Positions 11,507-26,964 of a DNA stretch of 64,000 nucleotides are shown here, one piece after another. Position numbers and translations under genes: made by a program. Origin of the DNA: Takakia lepidozioides. Its lineage: Eukaryota > Plantae > Bryophyta. Under the pieces are notes generated by a model, which was given only the letters and a program-made list of their open reading frames with translations, searched no databases and had not been told where the DNA came from. The stretch is taken from positions 24,800,001 to 24,864,000 of the forward strand of contig CM060734.1 in assembly GCA_030704615.1 (NCBI GenBank), given 5' to 3'. Every line of letters begins with the position of its first letter. Positions within the stretch are counted from its first letter, which is position 1.

Positions 11507-14500
11507 CAATGTAGCCTATAAGATCATTGCAAAAGCACTAGCACTAAGACTCCAACCTCTGCTGCCCAGGTTAATCAGGCCTAACCAGACAGGATTCATA
11601 AAGGGTTGTTACATTATGGACAATCTACTTCTGGCCCAGGAAGCTCCTCACTATGCCCTAAAAACGGAGCAGGCCATTGCAATGCTGCTTCTAGACTTTG
11701 AGAAGGCCTTTGATAGGGTGGAGTGGTCATTCTTCCTAGGAACCCCTACCAAAGTAGGTCTTCCAGACTCGTTCTGCCAATGGGTGCGTATTCTATTGTA
11801 GAACTCATCCAGCAGGGTAATGATCAATGGACAGCTCTCTAAACCATTCCCCCTTCACAGATCAGTCAGACAAGGCTGCCCCCTAGCTCATTTTTATTTT
11901 TTTGTTGTTGCAGACTCCCTAGGATACATGTTAGAAAACAACCCAGACATCCTTGGCCTTCAAGTCTCAAACTATCACACCCACCAGCCCGCACAAGTCA
12001 AGGACTCAATGTTCGTAGATGATGCTCTTCTGATATTGCAGGCCACCTCAGAAAACCTCCACAATACCTCTGAGACTCTTAACTCTTTCTGCCAAGCCTC
12101 CGGGTTTAAAGTTAATTGGGCCAAAACTTGTGCTATCCTTGCCGGGGACTTGTCCAGATCAACGATAGGTATCGACCCCTCTTGGGGATCAAATCTGGGC
12201 CTTTCTTGGTTGAGATCAGGTCAATCAACGACCTACCTGGGCTACACATTTGGAGTGGATCTCACAGATGAACAACGCTTCGCACCCACTCTATCAAAAT
12301 TTTAAAAAAAAACTTTACTTTCTGGGGATCCAAGCACCTCTCCATAACTGGCAGGGTGCTGGCAGTTAATCAGATTAACTCTGCAGGGATCTGGTTCTTC
12401 TCATCCTCATGGCGGCCTAATCCCTCACAAATCAAGCAGGTCAGAGCTCTTCTTAGAAATTGTGTTTGGGGAGTGGAAAGCAGCTCCTCGCGTTGCAAAA
12501 GGCCACAAGTTTCGTGGAAACAAATCTGCCTCCTAAAAGAAATGGGGGGGCTTGGCCTTATTGACCCGGATACTCAGATCATAGCTTTGTTAGGGAAATG
12601 GCTACCAAGATTCTTTGGTCTAGAAGGGGGTTGGTGGAAATTCCTGGTGGCAGGGAACATTCAAGCTTCCTCCCCTCTCAAAAACTCCCTGTAGAACCCC
12701 TCCTTTCGATGGGTGGCTCAAGGCTTCCAGCTTAAATCAGTTGGATCTACTCTGTGGTCTACGATTTGGGAGGCCTGGGGGAGACTAAGACATTTCCTCA
12801 AAAAATCGGAACTGCAATCCTTTGACGAAACACTGAGGCAGCACATCTTCCTAAACAAACAACCCACCCTCACAACCTCAACGATCCCAGGCACAACAAT
12901 GGTCTTTTTGAGACAAAAAGAGGGTCAGCCAGATTAAAGACATCTAGAACAACCGAAACTTTCAGGACCCCCCAGCCATAGCTCTCAAAATAGGTGTGGC
13001 AAGGACAAATCAAGGATACCAGGCTGTTAAAGACTCCATCCCACCTTCCTGGCTTCCAATTCTACAAGCAAGCTCTTCCTCACCGAATACCAACTTCTGG
13101 TCTCTAGGAATCATGAAAGACTGTCTCTCAGTCTTCTTTATCAAAGATAGACTCCAGGACTGCTTCCTAGGATTTCCCTTTCTCATTCACCCCATAACGA
13201 TGGTCCTATCCCTTCAAAGTAGCACCCCTATACGCATCCCATTGTTTGTTTATACACCCATAAAAGTCTGTGTTGGATCTCCCCCACGAAAGACATGAAC
13301 CCCGAGCCAGATCCAGCAATCCCTATTCATATATGGTTGGCGAGCAGTTCCTTTCTTTGGGTTCTAGGAAGGCCTTCGGGTGAACTGCAATTTGACCCCA
13401 AAGAGTGGAGTTGGTCATTCAAGCGCTCTCCAGTCCCATTCTTCGCCTACTCCACAAGGAAGGCTTACAAAGCCATGGCCGATCCAGAGCCTCTGATAAA
13501 TGGAACACCAAATGGCAATCCTACGGTTTTCACAATGAAAACTGGAAGGTAATTTGGAACTCTATCTGGAAAAAAACCAGGCCTGCAAAAATCTCAGCGT
13601 TCCTATGGCAGATTGCAAACAGGGTGCTTAAGGTAGGGGAGTGGCTCCAATTCCAGGACGCGCTACTTTGTTCTTGCTGCACTTCGGGCTTGATAGAAAC
13701 TTTAGAGCGCTGCCTTCTAGGCTGCCATGCTCCGGCAAAAGTTTGGAACATGGTTAATGGGCTCTACAGAGATTGGAACCCACAGCACCTATCACCCATC
13801 AACCTGTTGCTCAACTATGATAGGAGCTCCAAAGGAAAAGCACTCGACTGTCCAGTCTTTGAATGCCTCCATGCCTCTGCTCTTTGGCACATATGGAAAG
13901 CACGTTGTGCCTGGTCTTTCTCAGGTTCTACATGCTCTCTGTCTGTTAATTTGCTTTCTAGAATCTTTTGGGATCTGCAAATTGAGGCAAGGAAGGCTTG
14001 GATTAAATTATGTGTAGACATTCAAAGAGCCCCCCAAAGTGCAGTAGAATTGCATGCCTCCTTCAAGAGCACTTGGGCTACCAACGACCACCTCTGCACC
14101 ACCCCCAATCAATCAAGCTACATCTGGATAGCCCTCCCCCCAGTCAGTTCGAGGAATCTTGGGTCAGCACTCCATGGCGGCCTCCCCAGAGTTTGATAGG
14201 GATATAAATTGGAGACACATCAAATCGGCAGCCAGGCTGCGCTTTCGCTAGACACCACTTCTCTAGGCTTCAAGCTTTGCCACACTCCTGTTCAGCTAAC
14301 TTCACATGCACCAGTGCTCATCCTCAATGTAGTTCGTAGAGTAGTGGCTCATTCGCCTCAACCCCCTAAGAGCATAGCATAGGATTCTTGCCCTAGTTCT
14401 GCTCTAGTTCATCTCTCTCCAGAACGGAGAAGGTTTCATCCGAGTAGGATGGAGGCCCATCGGGCCTGTTTTTTCGCATAACTCCTTTTAGGAGGTTCAT

Positions 14501-15890
14501 CCATCCAGTATGGATGACGCTACAAGTTCTGACTTTGGTCCACTCCTCGTTCGAGGGTAGTTCCTATGCTCGAAAGCCACGATCCGACAATGTGCCTTCC
14601 CACCAACATATAAATTCCTACCATGTCGTACACCTCCCTCTCTAGCCAACTTTCACTGGTTACGGTGTGTGTGCCTTATGGCGTTCCACTGGGGTTTTAA
14701 TTTCTTACCCCGCAAAATAAACTTAATAAAGCTCCAGGGCTACTATCCCCTGTTATCTTATATATATATATACTACGGATATAAAAATGCATTGATAGGA
14801 TGGCTAGCATGCTAGAGTCTAGTAAGAGGATGATGTCAGCAATGCTACTCCAACACCCTTTGACCTTGCAAAATAGTGATACTTATAAACTCTATTCTTT
14901 TAGAAGGTCAACTTCCATGATATAAGGGAAATCTAGGTGGAGTTCGAAAGATGATCAGACTAGAGAAACAACCAAATATCACATATATCACAGGGAGTAA
15001 TTTGCATGAGATACAGCTCAGGAAATTTTTCTCCAAAAAAAAAAAAAAAAAAAAAAACAAAAACTGGACTGCTGCTTCTCCCAACGGCTACTGTGCACAT
15101 TTGTCCTGTACTAGTCCCCTTTTTAAATTTCAAAATTTGGCCCTCCCCCTGTACTACTGTGTATGTACATCTATGAGCCCTGGATTCATCCATCCATCCC
15201 AGCACCTGCAGCCTGAAGCATGGCAGCAGACTGCAAGGAAAGCATGTGAGGGGTCTGCCACACGTGCCCTGCTTGTGTGGGGGCTGGGCATGCCAGGCAG
15301 CCATGTGACTATGCCTGCCATTTTGGTAGCCCCATTTGTTTTCGCTCATTCGGCAATCCCAAGTGGGAAGTTGCACTTTGCACTTCAGATTCTAGTTTCA
15401 TTTGTCGTTTCGGGAGCGGAAGAACGATGCTCGTGAATGGGAAAAAATATGGGATTGGTGACGGATGGTGCGATTAACTTCCGCAAACTCCACGCCCAAT
15501 TGACCGGCCGGCCGGAGGAGATTGTTTTGAAGAATAATAACAAGGAGGGCGGTGCATGCCAGCTGGGGCTAGTTTTAGAGTGTGCGCAGCTCTTGGCACG
15601 TGCGAATCGAGTAAGTAAGTAAAGTCAAAAACTTGCTACAAAGGCTTGGAAAATTGAAAGGCGATGGGTCCTTCGACCAAAGTTCTGAGAAAAATGCTTA
15701 AAAAAATAACGATCCAGATCGGGCGGACTTTCCGGGAGGGTGCCACGTGCAGGCATCGTGGGAGGTAAGGTCTGCAGACAGGACTGTGTGGTGTTTCAGG
15801 CGGGCGTTTCCTCGCAAGGCCTGCTCCGCTGGGTGTGCAACTTATCGCTGCGGCCCGCCATCTCCATTCACATCTTCACGTTCTCACCAG

Positions 15891-17908
<2,018 letters not shown>

Positions 17909-18149
17909 GGGGGTGTTGCCTCTCTTGTTGGCTATTCTCATAAGTCTGATATATGGTATCTTATCTGCAGTCAGAACTGTGATGCCCCAAACTTTCCTCA
18001 TCACAGATTTATCTTATTCATCCAAAGCGGCGATACTCATTCTTAGTATAAATTTTTGGCTTAAAATACCGTGCCGTTACCAAGATATCACAGCCAGGGT
18101 TAGTTATGGCTTGTGGCTGCATCATGACCGTTCAATAGATCTAGGGCTT

Positions 18150-21100
18150 TGATGTGGCGCCGCGGGCTCAGCCTGACATGCCTCGCCATGTGTCAGGAAG
18201 GCATGCAGCAGGGTTTGTATAAAGTGGCGGCCTGACCTTGTGTCAGGCAGCTGATGTACTCTGGTGTATGTAGATGTGGAAAGCTGTCTGATTGCGATAC
18301 GTGTGTATGATTTTCTGTCAGTTCGCTCGTTGAGATCCTCCTCTCGCGTGCATGCACGGTCCTCTTGTTTTCCCTAGTTGTTTTGGAGAGCACTTGAGAG
18401 GATAGGCAGATATTCCTCTTGCTTCTTTTATGGTGAAGACGCGCCGGGTGTTTTTCTTGATCATTTAAACGGCGTGCTTAGGTTAAGATTAAGAGCTCCT
18501 CTTATAAGATGGCGGCAGCCCGCCACCCTGCAGTGTATTTGCTTAGTGTTGAGTTCTCTCCATGCTTGCTCGTTAATCTTGCTTATATTTCAGACTATGG
18601 CGTCTCATGTGTCGATTACTAGAAGTGCTATTAATCGTGACGGAGAGCGCTTGCATATAGAGCTTGATCTGGTCATTTCACTTTCTGCTTCATCTGCTAA
18701 CCCTCCTTCCAGCACGCCACCTGGCACTCTTGCCTTGCCGGTGTTGCCGGTGCGTGGAGATAATGCTATTGATTCAGGTCTTGTTGTCCTCTTGAATTCA
18801 CCTAGTCCTAGTGAAGAAGCTAATCTAGCTGCAGCCGAAGCTTGGTCGCCCAGCACTGCGAGGTCCGGTTCATTGGATAGCTGTGATCCAGAGTATTATA
18901 ACGTCTGTCCTAGAGAGCAGGAGCGAGAATTTGAGGGACATAGCTCGTTCACAGGAGTATGATGCTACAGTGTGTAACTTACTTTCTGTTGATCAATTCT
19001 GGTTTGACAAAATAGAGATTGCGGTGCAACGGGACATATCCTACTTTACTGAGAGTCAAGTTTCGGCGCCAAGACGACCTAACTCTGACCCAGCGGTGAT
19101 CGCTACGGACTCTCTCTCTTTGACAAGGCAAGTTGTGGCTTCGAGGAAGCTGCTCGTCTATCTCGTGATGTGGTCAAGTTCCGTTTCTTGAATCATCAGG
19201 TTTTGTTGTGGAAAGAACTGGGGCTTCATCTTCCTTTATCCATTGAACGTGTTCACCGTGATTGGCTGGTCTCCTTCTTTGTCGAGCCATCTTGGCTGTC
19301 GTTAGCTCTCCGAGGTACAGGCTCTCTCATTTTACGTCTTCTTCGCTTTCATCACGAGCCAAGCAAGGGTCTGCCACCGTCGATCGACCTGCTTCAAGGA
19401 CTGTCGTCGGATAGTCTGTTTGGCCGAGCTTCCAACATTGTTATTTTGCCAGGGACTTTATTTGACGATCAACGGCTTGTCAGACCTGAGATGCTTCAAA
19501 ATCTTGATCGCTTTCCTGTCTCGCATTTGGGAGAAGGAGAACTCTACTTGTGTGTCCTTTTGGGTTAAGACCACGAGCACGTGGAAATGGTGGGCGCTCT
19601 CCATGCACGATTCTGACTCTCACGACATCACCAAGGTGATCTCCTGTTCGACCTGGCCTTGAATTAAGGGCGATCATGGTATTGCGGGCTGCTGTAGCGG
19701 ATTGCTACCCATCCCTGTTCGCCGACTTTGGCTTAATCAGAACTCTTGTTGGTATTCGTTGCTTCCAGGTTATCTCTCTACTATTCCTATATCTTGACAT
19801 CGTTTAATCAGAACAAAATATTTTCTTGTTCGTGTTTGGGCTCATTGCTTCCTGTTGTATGGTAAGAAACACTGTCAGTACTTGGCTGAGGTCTGGGAGA
19901 CAACGTGTTGCGATGGATGCTCCCGATCTGGTCACAACAGAATCAGCCCCTGTCGAAGTCAGAGAGACGGGTCTTCCATCACCTACAGGTAATTTGAGTG
20001 ACAATCCGCGACTGCAACATGGAGTGGTAAGTCTAGATGAGGGATCGCCTCTACCAGAGGCCAGTCTCTATACTGATTTATCTTGCGAGGATGGTATTGT
20101 TTCCCAAGAATTAGATGATGTTCAGGTGACGCCCATTGGTCTCACAAAGATAGTGCAATTTGAAGTTGCAGGGGTCACTATGTTGCCTGGCAATGGGCCT
20201 GTGGTGCCAAGTATAGATGGTACTGGTAATTTTGTCACTAACAAGGGCCTGTCCGCAACTGTTGATCAGTTAGCCTCTACTCGACATATGGCCATGTTGC
20301 CTGGCCTGTCTCAAGTTACAAGAGCCAGTTCTTTGGGTGGTATTTCCAGGCATGCCATCCCTTCCCCTTCTTTAGACCCGATTGCTAGTGGTGTATGCAA
20401 TGCAAATGTGCAAGTCCCAGTGGGAAGGGCTAATGTGAGCAATATGCCAGCCCCACCAAGTGCTCGTGTTAACATAGGAACTGATGTTGGTTTGTCTGTT
20501 TCTATGATGCATGTTCCTAATCCTGCTCTTGGGGGAGGAATTGGTGTGTCTGTGACTTCTGGATTGTCTGTTGGCATGAATACTGCTTGTTCTAGCTCTA
20601 GTGTAGGCGGTCAGTCAGCCCAGCAATTGGGAAGACCACCCATTCCCACCATGAATGGAGTGGCTCCAAACCAAGCAGCCATGATCAGTCAAGCTGTTCA
20701 ATCAAGGCCTGTATTTCATGCACCCCCGGTGGGCGTGACAACATTTCCGCCTAGCCTGCCATCTTTGTCATATCAAGGTCCCTCTAATGTCATGAGTAAC
20801 AACTATGTCCCGGTTACTAGTGGGGTCCATGCTATGAATACAACCACTAATCAGACTCAGGCTATGACTCATTGCTGCCCGGCTCATGGATCTGCTCAGC
20901 CTGGTCACATGAATCATAGTCTGCCCTGTCATTTGCTTCCTCAACTCACTACCCAGCCCTATCCAGAATACACAATGGGAGAAGACTTTGATAGATATCT
21001 CTAGATGTTTGAAGTGATTGCTAATGTGAATGGTGTGCCTGAGAATTTTAAAATGGCAATTTTTAGAATGAGCATGAAGGGACCAGCCCGTGACTTGTTG

Positions 21101-22330
21101 CATGCAGCTGTCATGGATGACCCCCATATGACTTGGGCATCCCTTGTGGAATGGGCTAAAACCCTATTCAAACCTCCTGAAAGACCCTTGGACTGCTTCA
21201 CCTAATTGAGCTCCAGGACTTACCAGCCAGGAGAGTCCTTGTGGAAGTATTACATGGATCTAAAATTTGCTGCATTGATCTAGCAGAACGTGATCGTATG
21301 GTGAAGACCGACTTTCTCCTTGGCTTGCCCCATGTTATTCAAAATTGGGCCCAACGTCGTCATTTTGTCAATGACAAAACTATGCGAGCTGAAATTAATC
21401 TTAAGATGGCAGACTTGGCTGACAGCAAATCAATGCAAACTCATGCCAAGTTTCAAGCTCCAGTGGGCTCCGAACTTGGCATGGCTGCAACATCTTCACC
21501 TTATGTCCTGCCTGCTATGCAATGCAAGTTAGATAATTTCACTCTTCAAGGGCCGGCCAACACAGTGGGTAGTTTAAGTGAGTCAGTTGCCACTCAGTTC
21601 GCTGCCATGCAAGCTCATCAGCAATGGTGGTAGCCTAGACAGCCACGGGCACAGACAGGTGGTAGCAACAGAGGTCGTACCCAAACTGGGCAGGCCTATG
21701 AAGGCATCCGAGCCGCATGTTACATACGTGGGTCTTTTGAACATTGGACCAAGCATTGCCCTGATAGAGCAGGCTTACCAGAGCTGCTTAAAAACAAAAG
21801 GCTGCCAGTGGTCCTAACCCTCCTTTAAACTAGACAGACCTCTTGGGAAGGGGGCAAGAGGTCCACCAGTCACCAACCCTTCCTCTTTCGTTCCTTTGCA
21901 AGCTGTGTTGTCTACTAATTTCAAAGCTTTGCATTGTCCTCTAAGCAGGCAGACCTCAGGACAGCGGATCAGCCCTCTCATGCCCAATGCCATATTCACG
22001 AGTTAAGTTTCCCTTGTGTAATCGACACGGGTTGCACCATATCTGCTATGCCTCTAAATATTGTGAGAGTTCTTGGTCTTAAGTTATGCCCTGCCTCTGG
22101 TGTTGAAGTACTAATTGCGGATGGGTCTAGATATGAGCCTCTAGGTTTGGTCACTGTGCCTATCAGGATTCACAAGAAGGAGGTCGTGGTTACATGTATT
22201 GTCACTATAGGTGATCAATTCTTGCTAGGCCTTGATTGGATGACTGGAGCTGGTGCAACCATCAGTCTGGCTGATTACTCCCTCCGATTTAACAATGGAG
22301 AGGGCCATGAGGTCGTTGTTCCATAGGTCT
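18150..22330 (+). mobile_element. Degenerate Ty3/gypsy-derived element: possible 5' LTR/PBS, unknown upstream ORF, gag and protease; no RT or integrase
   Basis: gag PEYTMGEDFDRYL*MFEVIA...KGPAR...WASL; degenerate knuckle CYIRGSFEHWTKHC (~21717); protease VIDTGCT...LLGLDWM (21990-22320); PBS-like TGGCGGCAGC ~18510 (boundaries uncertain). Confidence 0.7.
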
Positions 22331-23499
22331 TCCGCCTGGCGTAAGGTACCTCCTCCTACCTAGATGAAACTTCATGTCTGAGAAGGTAATGATTTTAACA
22401 AAGGGAATTTCTAGGTGGGTTTTTACACAAGTAGCGGCTATTGTATAGTCCATGCAACTTGGTAGCCCTTTATGATGTAGTGCATAATGGCCGCCGTGTT
22501 GGCTGCCTTGGCACACATGGGGGGTTGGTATCACATGAGCACGCTCATGTGAGCAGGTGTGAGTACAAGCCATAGTCATGGGGGTTTTATGTTTTTAAAC
22601 CTCGGTCACAGGAGTTATATGTTTTCAAAACAGAAAAAAAAACCATTAGTGGACATAGAGACACGGTGCGTTTATAGGGTACAACTGCACCAATACGATA
22701 AACTACTTGGTCTATATGTACATTTATAAACATTCAACACGTTCTAAATAATTCCCTGTAAACCAAAACATATTGTATACTAAGAGAATCATTTTAATAT
22801 TAACTATTATATTGTGGTTCACCTCCAAACAAAAAACAAAAAACACCATATATAAACCCTTATTCAACCAAAATTTCACAAGGCAAAACCTTGAGTAGTA
22901 TAGCCTTGAACAACCCTAAACATATAGCAGTGGCGGCTAGGACCTTACGAAATTCGTAAGGTGACGATTTTGGGGGGGCCATGAAGGGACAAGTTGAAGG
23001 GTAGCCGATGAGTCCCTACCACTGTTTTTGTACGTCATGAACTCGGGCTATCGCCCTCGTTCACGCATTCTTAAATGTTGGAAGGGTGAGGATAGTAAGG
23101 TATGCAAGACAAAGAAACAGAGCTGGAATTTGGAGCATGATATGCTTTTAAAGTTGTCTACACAACTGTGAGAATGAAATCAGGACTCGCATAGGGAATT
23201 TGGCCAGTGTGAAACCAGCAATACAACAACAGACAAATCAGGAATCCATTAAGCTTTTTTCCAGTGGCACATGCTTCCACTAATCAAGCATCAAAGAATA
23301 ACAAAACTTCCAAGCCCACTATAACGAAGTGACCCGGAGCATTGTAAAACAACTGTTGACAGAACTGCGACTACATTGAGTGGCGTGGGGTTACTATATG
23401 CCTTTGTACAGCCCCTTAAAAGAGGGGCAAAACATGAAAGGCGCAATCAGACTTTGATTCTCAGAACTCTAAGGAAATGCTATGATAATATATTGTAGA

Positions 23500-24700
23500 A
23501 TAGGATGGGATGTTGGGGGGAGGGTCATTATGTATGTTGCAAGTAATTGGTGTACATGACCCGGTGGAGTTTGTAGGAGATCAAGGCAGTCTTGAACGCA
23601 TTTTAGGGGGTGCGATGGGGGCTTTGTACTGGGAGGGGTGTTCAAAGAGTGCTTGAAGCCTTGTTAGTGTGGATAGTATTTGAGTCTCCAGTTGTTGAGA
23701 TAGTAGGATATCACAGGATTTTGATTTTTGGGGATATACAAATTATGTATGTAAAAAATACAATATGGTCGTCAGAATGATAGCGTAGTTTGTAGCTATT
23801 ATGAGCTAGGATTGGGTATTCGGATGTGGTTATACCATGTGGAGGCGCATCTGGGGTATCTGGGTCAAGAATGTATTGTAGCTTGGGGAGGTATGGGTTA
23901 AACATGTTCTGAAGATGTATGTATTCTATTTTGAATGTGATTGTAGATGGGTGGAAGTACAAGTTGTATCTTGTTTTGGCCACTTTTGGTAAGAATTTAC
24001 AATGGTTCACACACCGTATGAGTAGCAAGTTCAAATGTTGATTTACATATTTGCATAGCCGTATTTGTAACTTACGTTTAGCTTGCTGAGAGATGGGCGG
24101 AGCATTATTCATGCTCCCTTCAGGGATTGAAGACATTTTTGATCAATATTGCAATATATTTGAGGAGCGATTTGTCTTGTTGGTGGCCACATGTATGGTT
24201 GGTGTATATGTTGAAACAACTATCAACAATTAGTTCTATAGTTGTGCAACTGAATTGCGAGTAGTGTATATCATTAGTATTGTTAGATCGTATGTTTTGC
24301 AGCATAATAATATAAATTTTGGGTGCTTGTGTGTTGGGCCAAGTTATTGGACATTTGGTCATGAGGTTTGTATTTATTTATGAGTAGTTGTTTTAGCAAA
24401 AGAATGGATATTTCTGAGTGTTCAAGAATATGGGGAGAACTTCGTTTTAAATTATTGTATGTTGGTGTTTTACATGGTAACTTTGTTTGTACATATGTTG
24501 TGAACGTTGTTGAGTTAATACCAGCAGGTGGGTATCGGTATTGTCTATTGTTTGTACATTAGTGCAGTGGGAAAAGGCGTAAAGGTGATAAATGTGGATA
24601 ATATTTTCTCGGGACGCCGTAAATGGTAGGTTATGTGGTTTGTGAATACCTTGATATATCAGTGAAGTGGGGCGTTTTAGAATGACTGTGGCCGATGGTA
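23500..24700 (-). mobile_element. Possible decayed internal fragment of the RNase H/RLE non-LTR family
   Basis: Only strand composition (C/A-rich minus strand) and P/H/T/I-rich decayed ORFs like 60853-61842; no catalytic motif. Confidence 0.3.
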
Positions 24701-24939
24701 AGCTATGACAAATAACATAAATCCAAGTGTTCCAGGATTCTATTTCACAACTAAACTAGAGGCGATGACACTCAATTAAACCAATTTCTAGCATCCGTGA
24801 GTTCAACCTGAATGAAACAAGATAACAATGGTGATGGAACTATTTATGATTATAAATGAGTGGGTCTTCAGACAAGACACAATGATTTAGGGTAGATGAG
24901 GGCATGAAGGCGAAAGGCTAAATATCTGTCAAGTTATTT

Positions 24940-26624
24940 GAGGGAAGCTAGCGCGTGAACGCGCTCACGCTTAGCGGACTAAGCGTGAGCAGACTTCGTT
25001 AAGCGTGAGCAGATTTCCTAAGTGTGAGCACATTTCTTAAGCGTGAGCATAGAATGAAAGCGGAGCCTATAGCCGTGGGAAAAACAGAACCTATTGTTGT
25101 GGGGACGACGTTTATGGTTTAGGGGGGCAACATACGCAAGACATGAATGGAAATTTGAGAGTAGTGCGAGAATGGGTTTGTGGAATGGATGAATACAGGA
25201 TGAATGTAGGATGAATGTTGGATGGATATGGGATGAATGTAGGATGAATGAGGGACGTCAAAATACGGATGAATATACAATGGATGAGACCAATGACATC
25301 TGGGTTGAACGAACTCGAACGATGTTTGATGTTCACGTACCTTTTGTTCGAAACAGTATACATGTCGTATAAACAATGCCAGTAGTGAAGGTCCATGTAA
25401 GACTGGGGTATATTCTGAAAGCACGGTCGAAATTGGAAAGTGTAGAAAGTGTAGAAAGTGTACAAAGCATTGCCATTCATTTGATCATGACGTGGGGTAG
25501 GAGATTGCTTCTGAGTCAAGAAAGTGCTGCCATCAAACAGCTTAAAGCTTTTTCCATACAAAGGCGCGACTTTGTCATCTGTCACCGGACGTCACAGAAA
25601 ACCATCCTAGGCTTTGCAAGGTCATGCTCGAGAACATCTCAAACTCATGCAGTACTATCTCGCTCCAGTAGTCATCAGCAGGCCCTATCGTACATTGGTG
25701 AATGTATGTGTCTCTTTTTTGATCACAAAACATCCTCTGAATGTACATGTAGTACAAATGTTTGCATGGCACAAATTTACCTCTCTTTCCTAGAGAACTG
25801 GAGATTGTGTTTTTGAAGTCTAGGCAAGTGCAATCTGGGAAATTGGAAACTGTTACCTCGTACGCCCTGTTGTGAAGAACAGATCCCATCGTCACCATAC
25901 TATACACCCGTCCATAGCGTGGTGGGGGAACATCGACAACGTGGGTGATCCGACACTGAAGGGTTTTCGCTGATTCAATCTTGCACTCGTGCTCTGCACC
26001 TGCCTCAACCCGCCGGACCACCTTTCCGTTTCTTTTCGTAGGCCAGTCGTTGCCAAGTGGAGGGCGCGCAGGAAATGGGGAAGGGAAATCATGCGAAGAA
26101 TTAACCGTCATGACAGTTGGTCCTCTTGGCAGCCGAAATCCTGCATCCTCCATCATGTCAATTTCCTGTGTAGATAGTGTAGTTCCCATCTTAACTGGCC
26201 AAACGTTTGGGATTTGAGATTTGCTTATCACCGAATCACGGACAGTTCCCATCACGCAATGTTTCATGTCATCAGGACAAAACCAAAACTTGTGAGGCCT
26301 GGCCTCCCGCGCACTATAATGCTTGAACAACCCTGTTAAAGTTGGGGCTGGAGTCCCTGCTGGGGCTCTACAAATCATAGATGTGCACTTCACAAAGGAC
26401 GTTGCCCTGATAGTGGAACATTTCACCTTTGAGCCTTACGGAGTTTGTTCTATGTGCCACAGCGCGTCTGCGCAATCAGACTCCTGGATGGGCAGCAGGT
26501 TTGCCCCTTCCTCCCGTTTAGTTGTAGTTGTCGACTCCGTGAACTCTGTCGAGGAAAATTCACCCACAAAGGATGTTGCGTGCACGAAAGTGGGTGGCAC
26601 GGGCACACGTGGCACCGAAAAGTG
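24940..26624 (-). mobile_element. MULE 3' end: TIR plus C-terminal transposase-associated region with SWIM zinc finger
   Basis: TIR GAGGGAAGCTAGCGCGTGA and GCGTGAGCAG/GGATGAAT subterminal repeats homologous to the right end of 9518-11506; ORF 25575-26426 has YEVTV...CTCLDF...CKHLYY. Confidence 0.8.
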
Positions 26625-26964
26625 GCGTAATTGTGCGCCATGTCACCTTCCACATGTGGATGGGATGATAGATCCCAACCTTGCAGTGATACCTGCAGGA
26701 TTGCGTTGCATGCTATGTGGGCATGCTCGTGGTGCCGCCACTATGCTGGTGTGTGATCGATGCTCAAGAGGTTGGCACATGAGATGCTTGACACCACCTC
26801 TTGAGAGGGTTCCTGATGGAGATTGGTTATGTCCACACCTCTTGGGATAGTGGCAGTGGATATGACTTGTGGCAGCTCACAAGACATGGGAGGCCAAGCT
26901 CATAGGAGTCAATACCCAAGATCTCAGGCTCAAGTTCACAGGTTGCAAGACGGCGACTAACGAT
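26625..26964 (+). mobile_element. Fragment of a second copy of the DNMT/PHD gypsy (integrase C-terminus, PHD, 3' UTR)
   Basis: Near-identical to 44358-44691. Confidence 0.95.

Larger units (their letters stand above)
8666..14772 (+). mobile_element. 5'-truncated L1/Tx1-type LINE (ORF2 RT and C-terminal Cys region), interrupted by a MULE
   Basis: KSPGIDG; NYRPIILLNVA|YKIIAKALA; LDFEKAFDRVEW; VRQGCPL; MFVDD; YLG; GGLGL; C-terminal CSCC...ETLERC; AATAAA and (TA)n tail at ~14716-14772. Confidence 0.9.

Noticed and set aside
19826-21004. 392-aa ORF as a host gene
   Set aside because: Low-complexity sequence continuing in frame through one stop into gag motifs and a protease
22928-22980. hAT-like terminus CAGTGGCGG
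   Set aside because: No partner TIR, TSD or transposase found
24926-24939. CTGTCAAGTTATTT also at 45091-45104 as a MULE target duplication
   Set aside because: The second copy follows an LTR, not a MULE TIR; it cannot be tied to an insertion
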